A DNA stretch of 63,351 nt from an uncultured virus (IMG/VR IMGVR_UViG_2718217648_000002) (lineage: Duplodnaviria > Heunggongvirae > Uroviricota > Caudoviricetes). The notes beneath the pieces were generated by a model. The model was given only the letters and a program-made list of their open reading frames with translations, was not told the origin of the DNA and made no database searches. Below, piece by piece: positions 40,575 to 51,104 of this stretch (position 1 is the stretch's first letter; the number at the start of each line of letters is the position of its first letter). Location of the stretch: IMG/VR virus record IMGVR_UViG_2718217648_000002, positions 62,001 through 125,351 of that record; one strand, 5' to 3'. Both the position numbers and the translations under genes were made by a program.

Positions 40575-41048
40575 ATGGAAACATTAGATGCACCAATTTA
40601 TGAGATTAAGCAAGAAAGCAATTGGTATAAAACTGAGAAGAAACGAAGAGAAGATATTAACAAATTCTTTGATGAATTCGAAGCAACATACGGAATTAAG
40701 AATGGTTTTTCGTTCTATCATTCCGAGTATTTCGGAGTACGCGCAGGAACAGAAGCATATGACTTCTTTAAAGATGAAGTGGTGAAAAACCCCACAAAAG
40801 CTGGCTTCTATGCATTTAAAAAACGTTCTAAGTATTTCACAGACATAAGGTCTATGCTAGAGAAAATAGAAGAGGCAAATCCTTTCAAAGGCCATGATGT
40901 GTTCGGGAGAAATAATATAACTGCAAGCCAGTGGGTAGGTGATAGATGGTTTTTTGGCGTAAGAGATGAGAAACGTGTAGAAGGTGAAGAAGCTGTAGCT
41001 ATTGACTTCAAAGATTATCTTAAAATTATCTTGGAGAAATTAGGTTAA
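40575..41048 (+). CDS. Hypothetical phage protein
   Basis: ORF with AAGGAG RBS. Confidence 0.75.
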   Translation: METLDAPIYEIKQESNWYKTEKKRREDINKFFDEFEATYGIKNGFSFYHSEYFGVRAGTEAYDFFKDEVVKNPTKAGFYAFKKRSKYFTDIRSMLEKIEEANPFKGHDVFGRNNITASQWVGDRWFFGVRDEKRVEGEEAVAIDFKDYLKIILEKLG

Positions 41049-41079
41049 AATTCAATTTTTATAAAGAAAGGAGAAAAAC

Positions 41080-41259
41080 ATGAGAGACATTACATCCGAA
41101 TTCACATTGAGAGGAGTAAACAGAAAAACTCTGAAACTCCTGGCAACTAAGAGTATTGATTATCCAGATACATGGGTAAAGGTTCAAATTGGAGATCAAA
41201 TAGCAGAAGTTGAGGCAAAGCAACTGTTGGTGGCAATAACGGCATTTAATGAAATGTGA
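41080..41259 (+). CDS. 59-aa hypothetical protein
   Basis: MRDITSEFTLRGVNRK...; AAGGAG RBS. Confidence 0.65.
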   Translation: MRDITSEFTLRGVNRKTLKLLATKSIDYPDTWVKVQIGDQIAEVEAKQLLVAITAFNEM

Positions 41260-41275
41260 GAAGGAAGAAACTAAC

Positions 41276-41725
41276 ATGGAGAAGTGTAGAGCAGTATTTA
41301 AAGGCAAGAAAATAGAAAAGATTTACCTTTTCAGGGCATATCCATCGTGTTTTCATGGCGTCCATGCGAAACGAAAGCCACCAGCTATTGACCACGAGTA
41401 TTTAGATATATCTACTGAAACTTTTTATGAGGATGAAATTAATTTTGAAGTTAACTGTGGTGACACTCTTTACATAAATGAACTTGATGAAAATGTTCAT
41501 ATAGAAAAAAAGGTCAAAATGCTTGATGGGGGATGGATTTACTTCACTGATTATGTCATTAGCACAGTCGAGAATAAGGAGAGTAAAATTCAAGCTGAAA
41601 AACAATTAAGGGAGTATTTAGACGAAAGTAAAGTAAAAGAAAAGCATGATAATCAGCTAGGAAATAAAAGGATATCATTTTGGCAACATTTGAAACATGC
41701 TTTTAAGAAAGAGATGCAACAGTAG
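41276..41725 (+). CDS. Hypothetical protein, paralogous-looking to next gene
   Basis: RAVFKGK...W.Y.TD.VI.T.E.KES pattern shared with 41737..42147. Confidence 0.7.
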   Translation: MEKCRAVFKGKKIEKIYLFRAYPSCFHGVHAKRKPPAIDHEYLDISTETFYEDEINFEVNCGDTLYINELDENVHIEKKVKMLDGGWIYFTDYVISTVENKESKIQAEKQLREYLDESKVKEKHDNQLGNKRISFWQHLKHAFKKEMQQ

Positions 41726-41736
41726 GAGGTGAATAA

Positions 41737-42147
41737 GTGGGACGACATAAAGCAACATTTGAAGGGAAGGTAATTAAGAAAAGTTGGACATTAGGCTTGT
41801 GTGATGCCCTTGTCCCAATCGAGCAGCAATGTGAGTATCAGACATTTTTTGAAGGGAACATCGACTTAGACCCAATTGAAGTCGGAGGGAAAGTGTATAT
41901 CCCAGGGTTTAACGAATACGTAGTCGTAACAGACAGGCAACGCAACACAAAAAATGAATGGACATATCAGACTGACAAGGTCATTAAAACAATTGAGGAT
42001 AAAGAGAGCCTTGAAAAAGCAATTCAAAAACAAGAAAAAATAGAGAAATGGAATCAGCAAGTTAAACAAGACTATGAACGCTTTAAAGAGCAAGAAAAGA
42101 AACGTAAAACTTCCTGGTGGAAGAGGCTAATCACTAAAAAAGACTAA
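41737..42147 (+). CDS. Hypothetical phage protein (YosD-like)
   Basis: GGAGGTG RBS; SWWKRL tail. Confidence 0.75.
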   Translation: MGRHKATFEGKVIKKSWTLGLCDALVPIEQQCEYQTFFEGNIDLDPIEVGGKVYIPGFNEYVVVTDRQRNTKNEWTYQTDKVIKTIEDKESLEKAIQKQEKIEKWNQQVKQDYERFKEQEKKRKTSWWKRLITKKD

Positions 42148-42161
42148 AGGAGAGATATTTA

Positions 42162-42509
42162 TTGAATAAGGATACAAAAGATATTTGGAACGGTTTCTTT
42201 ATCGGATCAGGTTCTCTGATTGTAGTGGGGTTACTCATTTTTGTTGAAGCAGTGACTATGTCACTAGTTGTCTATTATGGATTGAATCATGTGTTAAACC
42301 CATTGCTTATTGATACATACAACATTCAAAATACCCATATCACTTTACCTCATGCATTTGTGATTGGTGTTTTACTCAACGTATTTGTCAAAGGTGTAAA
42401 ACGGTCAGATCAGGAAAAAGATGAGAACATTTTCAAGAAAGCCGGTAAGTCTTTACTTCATTCAGCTTTTGCATTGATTGTTCTGTATGTCAGTACATTG
42501 TTTATTTAA
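42162..42509 (+). CDS. Membrane protein (YosE-like)
   Basis: 115 aa with hydrophobic segments. Confidence 0.7.
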   Translation: MNKDTKDIWNGFFIGSGSLIVVGLLIFVEAVTMSLVVYYGLNHVLNPLLIDTYNIQNTHITLPHAFVIGVLLNVFVKGVKRSDQEKDENIFKKAGKSLLHSAFALIVLYVSTLFI

Positions 42510-42527
42510 CGAAGGAGGAATCTGAAT

Positions 42528-42725
42528 ATGATTAAATCGCAGCAAGTTAAAGTTTTTAGAGAGACGTTACATTGTGATGAATGCGAAGAAGCTCCAGAGC
42601 TTGTGTTTTCAAATATGATGCTCACATCAAACCCACCGAAATATCCGTTTCAATGCCCATTGTGCATGAAAAAAGTTTATATGAAAACAACCTATCCAAA
42701 GGTTAGATACCAATCAGTTGATTGA
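42528..42725 (+). CDS. Small Zn-ribbon protein
   Basis: CDEC...LTSNPP.Y...CPLC. Confidence 0.75.
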   Translation: MIKSQQVKVFRETLHCDECEEAPELVFSNMMLTSNPPKYPFQCPLCMKKVYMKTTYPKVRYQSVD

Positions 42726-42767
42726 AGTCTAAATGAAAGTTTTATTTTATTGAAAGGATGAAGAAGA

Positions 42768-43061
42768 ATGAAAATGAGAAATGTAAAACTGTACAAAACG
42801 ACTGAAAACGTTTTTCTTCCAAATGAAAAAACATTGGTAGGGACTTTTGATGATTGTGAAATGTATGAAGGAGAAAGGAGTGTATTCTTAGAGATTGCAA
42901 ATAAAGATGATCTTAAACCAAGTGACTCTAGTATTCATATAGAAGATCCTACGATTTTAGAAATCACAACTTGTCAAGGCAAAACAAAGACTATTAGGAC
43001 AAGGAAAAGGTTAACTGACATTTCTTCTGATTTAATTAAAATTGAATTCACAGTTCTGTAG
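42768..43061 (+). CDS. Hypothetical phage protein
   Basis: ORF between two junction motifs. Confidence 0.7.
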   Translation: MKMRNVKLYKTTENVFLPNEKTLVGTFDDCEMYEGERSVFLEIANKDDLKPSDSSIHIEDPTILEITTCQGKTKTIRTRKRLTDISSDLIKIEFTVL

Positions 43062-43105
43062 GTCGTAATAAAAGGATGATTTTAGAGAGAAAAGGAGGAA
43101 TAGCT

Positions 43106-43297
43106 ATGGCTTATGATGAGATCAATGGGAAATTAATTAATCCTAAAGTTAGCGATGTAATTAAAGCGCTACAAGACCAACTTGATTTTAACGGAGATAC
43201 ACCAATTCAATTCAGAATTGATGGTGAAGAAACAAGCAATGAAATTCAATTAGATCCATATAAAAATGTTCTTGTGTTTCATTTAGATGAAGTTTAA
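43106..43297 (+). CDS. Hypothetical phage protein
   Basis: AGGAGG RBS before MAYDEING. Confidence 0.7.
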   Translation: MAYDEINGKLINPKVSDVIKALQDQLDFNGDTPIQFRIDGEETSNEIQLDPYKNVLVFHLDEV

Positions 43298-43311
43298 GGA
43301 GGAAAGCTACA

Positions 43312-43497
43312 ATAGACACATTTGTTTTATCGGTTGTCAGGATAGACATTATAAAGGCGGTTTATATATGGTTATTGGAGAAGCAGTTCACACTGAAACA
43401 GAAGAAAAGTTGGTTACATATGAAGGCCAAGACGGTGTTCTTTGGAAAAGTGATTATTGATGGGAAAGAGATCAAGAGATTCACAAAAGTAAAATAA
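43312..43497 (+). pseudogene. DUF1653-like pseudogene
   Basis: RHYKGGLYMVIGEAVHTETEEKLVTY..DGVLW in one frame, FFGKVIIDGKEIKRF in another. Confidence 0.6.
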
Positions 43498-43505
43498 AAG
43501 GAGAA

Positions 43506-43979
43506 TTGGCTATGGGGATTAAAGCAGCAGTTTTTGAAATAAAAGCAACTTGTTACGCTCATGAGGGATTTAATAACGAAAGTGAATCTGTTCAAGGGGC
43601 TGCGTTAGAACAGCTAGGAAAGGATATCGTAGATAATTTACTCGAAAACGGTGTTGATGATGTAAAAATCAAAGGCGATTACGTTGAGGAATTGGGAGTT
43701 GAGAAGCCCGTTATGAAGTACTTCGAAGTGAGCGATCCCTATTATGCGTTAATTAAAGCTTACTCAAAAGAAAAGGCAATGAAGTTATATACAAAAGAAG
43801 TTGCTGATGATGACGGGGAATTAAGTGATGAGATGACTGAAGTTGGACAAGTTTATGCGGCAATACGACAAGGAAGGGTTCCGGGAGAAGGTGAAGAGCT
43901 TATGCCATTTAAGCAGGTTCTTGAAGAGATTTCTAATGATGAAGAAATGGTATTACTAATCGAGGGCAGTTTACTTTAA
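43506..43979 (+). CDS. Hypothetical acidic phage protein
   Basis: YFEVSDPYYALIKA motif; RBS. Confidence 0.75.
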   Translation: MAMGIKAAVFEIKATCYAHEGFNNESESVQGAALEQLGKDIVDNLLENGVDDVKIKGDYVEELGVEKPVMKYFEVSDPYYALIKAYSKEKAMKLYTKEVADDDGELSDEMTEVGQVYAAIRQGRVPGEGEELMPFKQVLEEISNDEEMVLLIEGSLL

Positions 43980-44041
43980 CGGATAAAAATACAAGGAGGT
44001 GAATTCATCTGGGAATAAGTCAAAGACAGGGCAAATATATC

Positions 44042-44254
44042 ATGGAATCGATTAATGAAACAAATTCAATTGCAGAAATAATTGGTCATGATAAAGCTAT
44101 CAGTGAAGTGTTGCTTCTATTAAGGGAAAGAGTGTTGTTTCTTCAAAGTCGATATGATTTTGAAGAAGTGGAAATAAGATTAAATGAGCTCATGAAGCTG
44201 TATGAAAGTATCAATAAACTTCAAAGACCACGAAAGGATGATGAAAATGAATAA
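44042..44254 (+). CDS. Hypothetical protein (possible CTG start at 44009)
   Basis: GGAGGTG RBS precedes an in-frame CTG. Confidence 0.6.
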   Translation: MESINETNSIAEIIGHDKAISEVLLLLRERVLFLQSRYDFEEVEIRLNELMKLYESINKLQRPRKDDENE

Positions 44255-44390
44255 AAAATACGGACTTTATTGCATGGGAACACTTGTTAACACTTATGAT
44301 GACGCTATTGAGGCTCATAATGATGCTGTGTATGCTCAAGAAGAAAGTGGAGTGCCGCATGAAGTAAGAGAAATCAGAAAAGGAGAGTAG
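44247..44390 (+). CDS. Small hypothetical protein
   Basis: MNKKYGLYCMG... Confidence 0.6.
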   Translation: MNKKYGLYCMGTLVNTYDDAIEAHNDAVYAQEESGVPHEVREIRKGE

Positions 44391-44395
44391 ATAGG

Positions 44396-44758
44396 ATGGA
44401 ATACACTAAGTATGGAAATCTTGTAGAAGGCTATATAACATTCAATCTTTATTTTGAGACATTTGAATACAAAGAAGATAGCTTATTAGAACAAGTAAAA
44501 TTCACCACAGTTAAAGAGTTATTCAACATGATGCAGCCAGACTATGTTGAAGAACTAAAGCAAGAAAACGGTGCAGATCAGGTTGACGTTCATGATATCA
44601 CGTTTAGCGCTAAAGAAGATGACACTGAGGCTTTCATCACAATGTATGACAACTCAGGAAACTATCGAATCTCAACAAATCTTGATGTAAGTGGCTTGGA
44701 TAGCGAGTACAAGCAAACATTAAAAAGCATTAAAGGTATTATAGATAAGAAACTTTGA
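44396..44758 (+). CDS. Hypothetical phage protein
   Basis: ORF in operon. Confidence 0.7.
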   Translation: MEYTKYGNLVEGYITFNLYFETFEYKEDSLLEQVKFTTVKELFNMMQPDYVEELKQENGADQVDVHDITFSAKEDDTEAFITMYDNSGNYRISTNLDVSGLDSEYKQTLKSIKGIIDKKL

Positions 44759-44772
44759 GAGTAAAGTAAAGG

Positions 44773-45048
44773 ATGATGAAAATGAATATTAGAGAGTTTA
44801 TTGCTGAGCAGAGAAAAGACGAAAAGTTCTTGGGTTTGAGATCAAAATTAAGGGAACTAATTGAACACAGAAGACTTGAACTTGTTGAAATGCTTGGATA
44901 TAAAATCGATAGTTTGAATCAAGAGCAACTTATAGAATTCAAAGAAAAATTCAGTGAATTAACTGCATTTAAAGAAAAGGTAGGTAATGATCCTTTCAGC
45001 ATTAGTCTGGATGAACTTGGCGAACTTCTATGTTTCCAAAAAAAATAA
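44773..45048 (+). CDS. Hypothetical phage protein
   Basis: ORF in operon. Confidence 0.65.
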   Translation: MMKMNIREFIAEQRKDEKFLGLRSKLRELIEHRRLELVEMLGYKIDSLNQEQLIEFKEKFSELTAFKEKVGNDPFSISLDELGELLCFQKK

Positions 45049-45172
45049 GGAAGGTAGATACAAAACTCTGGAGTATGTTTTGAGTAAAACGATTGATCCA
45101 TACATTGATAAACCAAAACAGGCTACAGTTATTTCTAGATAAAATCACAGTTTCAAAGGAAGGGGAAGCAAA

Positions 45173-45322
45173 ATGAGTGCAGCAAGAAAGTGGAGAGATT
45201 TGAGAAGCAAATTAATTGGATATAAGGTCTACGGTAAGTTCAGCGATGTTGTTATTGACCATATTCTAAATGATATGGATAAGTTAGACGTAAGACATGA
45301 CAAAGATAAAAACAAAAAATAA
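45173..45322 (+). CDS. 49-aa hypothetical protein
   Basis: MSAARKWRDLRSKLIG...; AAGGGG RBS. Confidence 0.6.
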   Translation: MSAARKWRDLRSKLIGYKVYGKFSDVVIDHILNDMDKLDVRHDKDKNKK

Positions 45323-45340
45323 AGAAAAGGGAGTTGTGGA

Positions 45341-45691
45341 ATGGGAGCTGCTAAACAGTTATACGTTAAGCGCAGTCACTTTGTAACCTTGGATGAAGCA
45401 AAAGAAAATACGCAAGTACATATGAAGAATGGTGGTTCATACACTGCTTTAAAAGGAGAGCTGATTGCGACTAATCTTGAAGGGGATCAAATGGTTATCA
45501 CACAAGAGCAGAAGGATAACTACATTCCAGTACCAATGACAGAGTTATCAGATTATGAAGCTCAAATGGCCAAAGGCTATGCTGAAATGGGAGACATTAA
45601 TTTAGAAATGTCTGAAGCTTTTCATCATGCTGAAAATGAAGCAGAAACAACCACCAACAGTTTGGTTAACGGAGAATATAAAGAATATTGA
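45341..45691 (+). CDS. yosL: YosL, MazE-like antitoxin mimic
   Basis: C-terminal MAKGYAEMGDINLEMSEAFHHAENEAETT like MazE/AimX; upstream of nrdI. Confidence 0.85.
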   Translation: MGAAKQLYVKRSHFVTLDEAKENTQVHMKNGGSYTALKGELIATNLEGDQMVITQEQKDNYIPVPMTELSDYEAQMAKGYAEMGDINLEMSEAFHHAENEAETTTNSLVNGEYKEY

Positions 45692-46074
45692 TTATTACAT
45701 ATGAAAGCAAGACAGGCAATGTGAAAAGGTTTGCTCAAGCTTTACAAAGGGAGTTAAACTTCGATGTCATTGAAATTACAGATGACTTAATCATTGAAGA
45801 AGAATTTATACATATTACATATACGATAGGCTTTGGGGAAGTACCTGAAAGGACTTTAAACTTTATTATTAAGAATAAAAATAAAATAAAAGGAGTTGTT
45901 GTGAGTGGTAACAAGGTTTGGGGTGATAACTATGGTTTAGCTGGGGACAAGCTCTCAGCAATGTTCCACGTACCATTGTTATTAAAGTTTGAACTAAGCG
46001 GAACAAAACAAGATTTGCAGAAGATTAATCGGGAGGTACAACTTATTGACAAACACAATACCAAAGTGGATTAA
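45688..46074 (+). CDS. nrdI: Flavodoxin NrdI
   Basis: YESKTGNV.RF, SGNKVWG, FELSG. Confidence 0.92.
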   Translation: MIITYESKTGNVKRFAQALQRELNFDVIEITDDLIIEEEFIHITYTIGFGEVPERTLNFIIKNKNKIKGVVVSGNKVWGDNYGLAGDKLSAMFHVPLLLKFELSGTKQDLQKINREVQLIDKHNTKVD

Positions 46075-49000
46075 GCTCAATAATGAGATCATGATTCAGA
46101 AAGACGGTAAGTTTCAATTTGAGAAGGATAAGGAGGCAGTACACAGCTACTTTGTTGATTACATTAATCAGAACACAGTCTTTTTCCATGACTTAAAAGA
46201 GAAACTGGATTATCTGACTAAAAATGATTATTACGAAGAAGAATTCTTAAGCGAATACACATTTGAGCAGATTAAATCGATTTTTAAGATTGCTTACAGT
46301 TACAAATTCAGATTCCCTTCTTTCATGAGTGCCTTTAAGTTCTACAATGACTATGCATTGAAGACAAACGACAAAACAAAGATATTGGAGAGATATGAGG
46401 ATCGTGTCTCAATTGTAGCTTTATATTGTGCAGATGGTGATTATGAAAAGGCTATTGAGGAAGTACACGCCATGATGAAACAAGAGTATCAGCCGGCAAC
46501 GCCTACTTTCCTTAATGCAGGACGTAAGCGAAGAGGTGAAATGGTAAGTTGCTTCCTACTTGAAGTGGGAGACAGTTTGAATGACATCTCTCGTGCAATT
46601 GACATTTCAATGCAGCTGTCTAAATTAGGCGGTGGTGTAGCATTAAACCTAAGCAAATTACGAGCCAAGGGTGAAGCGATTAAAGACGTAGAGAATGCAA
46701 CTAAAGGTGTCGTAGGTGTTATGAAGCTATTGGATAATGCTTTTAGATATGCAGATCAGATGGGACAAAGACAAGGGTCTGGAGCAGCTTATCTAAGCGT
46801 ATTCCACCCAGACATCACAGACGTCCTTGATACCAAAAAAATCTCAGCAGATGAAGATGTCCGAGTTAAAACACTGTCTATTGGTGTAGTTCTCCCTGAT
46901 AAATTTATTGAATTGGCAAGAGAAGATAAGGATTTTTACATGTTCTATCCTCACTCAGTCTACAAAGAATATGGGAAGTATCTTGATGAGATGGAAATCA
47001 ATAAAATGTATGATGAGCTTGTTGAAAACCCTAAAGTTAGAAAAGCAAAGGGAAATGCTCGAAAACTGTTAGAGCAATTGGCCATTCTAAGAAGCGAATC
47101 AGGATATCCGTATATCATGTTTGCTGACAATGTAAATAAAGTGCATCCAAATGAACATATTTCAAAAGTGAAGTTTTCTAATTTGTGCGTTACTGGAGAA
47201 ACACTTCTTTTAACTGAGAATGGATATGAAAAAGCAGCTGATCTTTACAAAAAGCAGAATGAGCTTAAAGTGGTCATTGATAATAGAACAAAAGATTTTG
47301 CAGTTGGCAGCAAAGGTACTTCAATAGTAGATGCAATTCCAATGCAATTGACTAAAAAAGATGCGGAAATATTTAAAGTCAAAACGAAGCAAGGATATGA
47401 AATAAGGACAACTGAGTGGCACAAATTCTATGTGAAAAGGGACGGTGAAATTCAAAAGCTCCAATTGAATCAGCTAAAAACGGGCGATAAATTATTAGTT
47501 CAATCAGGTGAGGGAGCATACGGCGACATTCATGAGCCAGATCTTGCTTACATCATGGGCATTATAGCTGGGGATGGAACCATTACTGAAAAAACTGCCA
47601 AGATTTATTTATACGATAACAAAAAAGTTCTTGAGCAGAAAGTTACTGATGCAGTTCACCGTATTATTCAAAAACACAAGCTCGATCGTGCTTATAAACA
47701 CAATACATCACTGGCTCCAACATTTAATATGGCTAATCCAGAAAAACAAGATTTACTCTACATGAATAGTACAGTCTTATTTGACATCTTGAAGAAGTTC
47801 GGTATGGACAAAGAAACTAAAACAAGAGTCCCAGAATTCATTTTTCAAGCTAATAAGGAAACGCAAGCAGCTTATTTATCAGGTTTATTCCAGACTGATG
47901 GGTGTGTAAATGCAAATCATAAAGCCAAAGCATTAACAATTGAGTTAACATCCATTCACTATGAGAGCCTTCAGGACGTTCAGAAGCTATTACTAAACAT
48001 GGGTGTTTATACAACGATCTATTCTAACAATAAGCGTTCACAAGAACTCCTTCCTGACGGGAAAGGTGGTTCTAAGCTGTACAATGTAAAGCCAACTCAC
48101 AAAATCAGTATTCAAGATAGAAACTCAAGAGAGTTGTTTATGAGCATTGTTGAAATGAAAGAATACGATATTTATAAATTCAATTTGCTAACTGAGACAT
48201 TGCAACCTTCTTCAAGAAAGCCAAAGCATGATTTTACGGCTGAAATTATTAGTATTGAAGAAGATGGTGTTGAGGATGTTTATGATACAACACAAGAAGA
48301 CTATCACTCTCTGATTTTCAATGGGATTGTTACTGGCAACTGTTCAGAGGTGCTCCAAGCATCACAAGTCTCAGTTTATACAGATTACGATCAGGAAGAC
48401 GAAATTGGTTTAGATATCTCATGTAATCTTGGATCCATGAACATTGTAAACGTAATGAGCAATCAATCAATTGCTTCCACGGTTAGAATAGCAATTGACT
48501 CACTAACGACTGTTACAAGGAAAACAAACATTGTAAATGCCCCAGCTGTTGCGAGAGCAAATACACTAATGCGATCAATTGGTCTTGGGCAGATGAATCT
48601 ACATGGTTTTTTAGCTCAAAATAAAATTGCTTATGAAAGTGAAGAAGCTAAGGACTTTGCAAATACATACTTTATGATGGTTAACTTCTACTCCCTGCAA
48701 CGTTCAATGGAAATTGCAAAAGAAACAGGGGAGACGTACTACAAGTTTCACGGATCAACTTACAAATCAGGCGAGTATTTTGATAAGTACGTGACAATTG
48801 ATTATAGCCCTAAATATGAAAAGGTTAAAAGCCTGTTTGGAGATCAACATATTCCTAACATTGAAGATTGGATGAAGCTTAAAGAGGATGTTATGAAATA
48901 TGGGTTGTATCATTCGTATAGGCAAGCTGTTGCACCTACTGGAAGCATCTCATATGTTCAATCATCTACAGCCGGTGTAATGCCGATTATGGAGAGAATC

Positions 49001-49300
49001 GAGGAACGTACATACGGAAACAGTAAGACATATTATCCAATGCCAGGTTTATCGGCTCAGAATTGGTTCTTTTATAAGGAAGCATACGACATGGATATGT
49101 TTAAGGTAGTTGATCTTATTGCCACTATTCAGCAGCACGTCGATCAAGGGATTTCATTTACGCTGTTCTTGAAAGATACGATGACAACGCGCGATCTGAA
49201 CCGGATTGATTTATACGCGCATCATCGTGGCATTAAAACGTTGTATTATGCGCGGACGAAAGATACCGGCCAGGATTCGTGCTTGAGTTGCGTAGTTTAA
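46046..49300 (+). CDS. nrdE: Class Ib ribonucleotide reductase alpha subunit with intein
   Basis: ATPTFLN, SCF, SNL|C...GN|CSE, APTGS, LYY, C-terminal CxxC. Confidence 0.95.
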   Translation: MTNTIPKWIKLNNEIMIQKDGKFQFEKDKEAVHSYFVDYINQNTVFFHDLKEKLDYLTKNDYYEEEFLSEYTFEQIKSIFKIAYSYKFRFPSFMSAFKFYNDYALKTNDKTKILERYEDRVSIVALYCADGDYEKAIEEVHAMMKQEYQPATPTFLNAGRKRRGEMVSCFLLEVGDSLNDISRAIDISMQLSKLGGGVALNLSKLRAKGEAIKDVENATKGVVGVMKLLDNAFRYADQMGQRQGSGAAYLSVFHPDITDVLDTKKISADEDVRVKTLSIGVVLPDKFIELAREDKDFYMFYPHSVYKEYGKYLDEMEINKMYDELVENPKVRKAKGNARKLLEQLAILRSESGYPYIMFADNVNKVHPNEHISKVKFSNLCVTGETLLLTENGYEKAADLYKKQNELKVVIDNRTKDFAVGSKGTSIVDAIPMQLTKKDAEIFKVKTKQGYEIRTTEWHKFYVKRDGEIQKLQLNQLKTGDKLLVQSGEGAYGDIHEPDLAYIMGIIAGDGTITEKTAKIYLYDNKKVLEQKVTDAVHRIIQKHKLDRAYKHNTSLAPTFNMANPEKQDLLYMNSTVLFDILKKFGMDKETKTRVPEFIFQANKETQAAYLSGLFQTDGCVNANHKAKALTIELTSIHYESLQDVQKLLLNMGVYTTIYSNNKRSQELLPDGKGGSKLYNVKPTHKISIQDRNSRELFMSIVEMKEYDIYKFNLLTETLQPSSRKPKHDFTAEIISIEEDGVEDVYDTTQEDYHSLIFNGIVTGNCSEVLQASQVSVYTDYDQEDEIGLDISCNLGSMNIVNVMSNQSIASTVRIAIDSLTTVTRKTNIVNAPAVARANTLMRSIGLGQMNLHGFLAQNKIAYESEEAKDFANTYFMMVNFYSLQRSMEIAKETGETYYKFHGSTYKSGEYFDKYVTIDYSPKYEKVKSLFGDQHIPNIEDWMKLKEDVMKYGLYHSYRQAVAPTGSISYVQSSTAGVMPIMERIEERTYGNSKTYYPMPGLSAQNWFFYKEAYDMDMFKVVDLIATIQQHVDQGISFTLFLKDTMTTRDLNRIDLYAHHRGIKTLYYARTKDTGQDSCLSCVV
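47186..48340 (+). mobile_element. 385-aa intein with LAGLIDADG homing endonuclease
   Basis: Starts CVTGET, ends IVTGN before Cys; MGIIAGDG and LSGLFQTDG motifs. Confidence 0.93.
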
Positions 49301-49319
49301 ACGAAGGGGAGGCGGAGTC

Positions 49320-49640
49320 GTGAAGTTAGAAATCGGTCAAGAGTGGGTCAGTGAAAAGCACCCACATGAAAACTTTAGGATCTACGGAGGAGTAGTGGAT
49401 ACTTGTGCAGACTCATTTAAGGACGAAAGCATAACATTCGATGAGCAGCCGGAATGGGCTAAAATTTTCTTCTGGGAGCGGGCGGATTATGCGAGTTTCG
49501 ATAAATACGTCGAATCAAAGCTAGGAAGGAATCGAGATAGTACGTATCCTTTCGCTAGATGTGGAGAGACGAAGAAGTCCGGATTAGTAGCAAAAATCAA
49601 AAAATTCAATATGGTCGTTAAAGAGAAGGAGGATGAATAA
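49320..49640 (+). CDS. Hypothetical protein inserted between nrdE and nrdF
   Basis: GGAGG RBS; GC-richer codons. Confidence 0.7.
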   Translation: MKLEIGQEWVSEKHPHENFRIYGGVVDTCADSFKDESITFDEQPEWAKIFFWERADYASFDKYVESKLGRNRDSTYPFARCGETKKSGLVAKIKKFNMVVKEKEDE

Positions 49641-50627
49641 TTGACGCAATATACAGCAGCAAACTGGTCAAAGCATGAAGATGATTTCACCCAAATGTTT
49701 TACAACCAAAACGTAAAGCAGTTTTGGCTTCCGGAAGAGATCGCATTAAACGGCGATCTTCTTACTTGGAAGTATTTGGGTAAAAATGAGCAGGATACGT
49801 ACATGAAGGTGCTCGCCGGCCTGACACTGCTTGATACAGAGCAGGGGAACACGGGCATGCCGATTGTGGCCGAGCACGTCGAGGGCCATCAGCGAAAAGC
49901 GGTTCTTAATTTCATGGCGATGATGGAAAACGCGGTGCACGCAAAATCTTACAGCAACATCTTTCTTACATTAGCTCCAACAGAGCAGATCAACGAAGTG
50001 TTTGAATGGGTTAAAAACAATAAATTTCTTCAAAAGAAAGCAAGAACAATTGTTTCAATTTATGAAGCAGTTCAGAAAAACGATGATATTTCCTTATTCA
50101 AAGCAATGGTAGCGTCCGTGTTTTTGGAGAGTTTCTTGTTTTACTCAGGGTTTTATTATCCACTTTACTTTTATGGACAAGGGAAGCTCATGCAGAGCGG
50201 GGAAATTGTAAATTTAATTATCCGTGACGAGGCGATACACGGCGTTTATGTCGGATTGTTAGCTCAAGAGATATATAAGAAACAAACTCTTCAGATGCAA
50301 AAAGAATTGTTTGAATGGGCTTTAAGCTTGTTGCAGGAGCTTTATGAAAATGAATTGGAGTATACAGAAGATGTTTATGATCAGGTTGGTTTAGCTCCAG
50401 ATGTAAAGAAATTCATCAGATACAACGCAAATAAAGCATTAAACAATCTGGGCTTTGATCATTGGTTTGAAGAAGAGGATGTTAATCCAATCGTTATTAA
50501 TGGATTGAGCACAAAGACTAAATCACATGACTTCTTTTCAATGAAAGGCGTTGGCTATAAAAAAGCAACGGTTGAACCATTAAAGGATTCTGATTTCATT
50601 TTCGATAGCAAAGGAGTTATTTCATGA
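49641..50627 (+). CDS. nrdF: Class Ib RNR beta subunit (no intron)
   Basis: [34 protein letters not shown]. Confidence 0.95.
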   Translation: MTQYTAANWSKHEDDFTQMFYNQNVKQFWLPEEIALNGDLLTWKYLGKNEQDTYMKVLAGLTLLDTEQGNTGMPIVAEHVEGHQRKAVLNFMAMMENAVHAKSYSNIFLTLAPTEQINEVFEWVKNNKFLQKKARTIVSIYEAVQKNDDISLFKAMVASVFLESFLFYSGFYYPLYFYGQGKLMQSGEIVNLIIRDEAIHGVYVGLLAQEIYKKQTLQMQKELFEWALSLLQELYENELEYTEDVYDQVGLAPDVKKFIRYNANKALNNLGFDHWFEEEDVNPIVINGLSTKTKSHDFFSMKGVGYKKATVEPLKDSDFIFDSKGVIS

Positions 50628-50863
50628 GACTGATTAAATTAGAACAACCGAATTGCAATCCTTGCAAAATGGTATCCAATTATTTAAACGAAGCAGGAGT
50701 CGAATATGAGACATTTGATGTAACACAGAAGCCAGAAGTGGCAGCGCAATTTGAGGTAATGAGTGTACCGGTGACTATACTGCTGAATGAGCAAGAAGAA
50801 GTAAAGCGTAGTGTTGGATTTAAGCCTGAAGAACTTGATGAACTACTAAAGGGATTACAATAA
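50624..50863 (+). CDS. yosR: Thioredoxin/NrdH-like redoxin
   Basis: CNPC, SVP. Confidence 0.85.
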   Translation: MRLIKLEQPNCNPCKMVSNYLNEAGVEYETFDVTQKPEVAAQFEVMSVPVTILLNEQEEVKRSVGFKPEELDELLKGLQ

Positions 50864-50892
50864 AAGATAATTTCCTTAGGGGAGGGCTAACC

Positions 50893-51069
50893 ATATTCGG
50901 TTGGAATATTAACGAGATTTCATGGTGGAAGTACATACTGCTTTTAATTTTTTTAATTACTGTAATACCTTTGTTGATAATGGATTGGATAACCTTCTGT
51001 AAGATTAAGCATATTGACTGGATTATTCAACGATATTCATGTTGGGCGGCCTATTTAATTTTTGGATAG
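50893..51069 (+). CDS. Small membrane protein with ATA start
   Basis: GGGAGG RBS; IFGWNINEISWWKYILLLIFLI... Confidence 0.45.
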   Translation: MFGWNINEISWWKYILLLIFLITVIPLLIMDWITFCKIKHIDWIIQRYSCWAAYLIFG

Positions 51070-51104
51070 ATTTTTCACATAATAAAACAAAAGGAGAATG
51101 TTAA

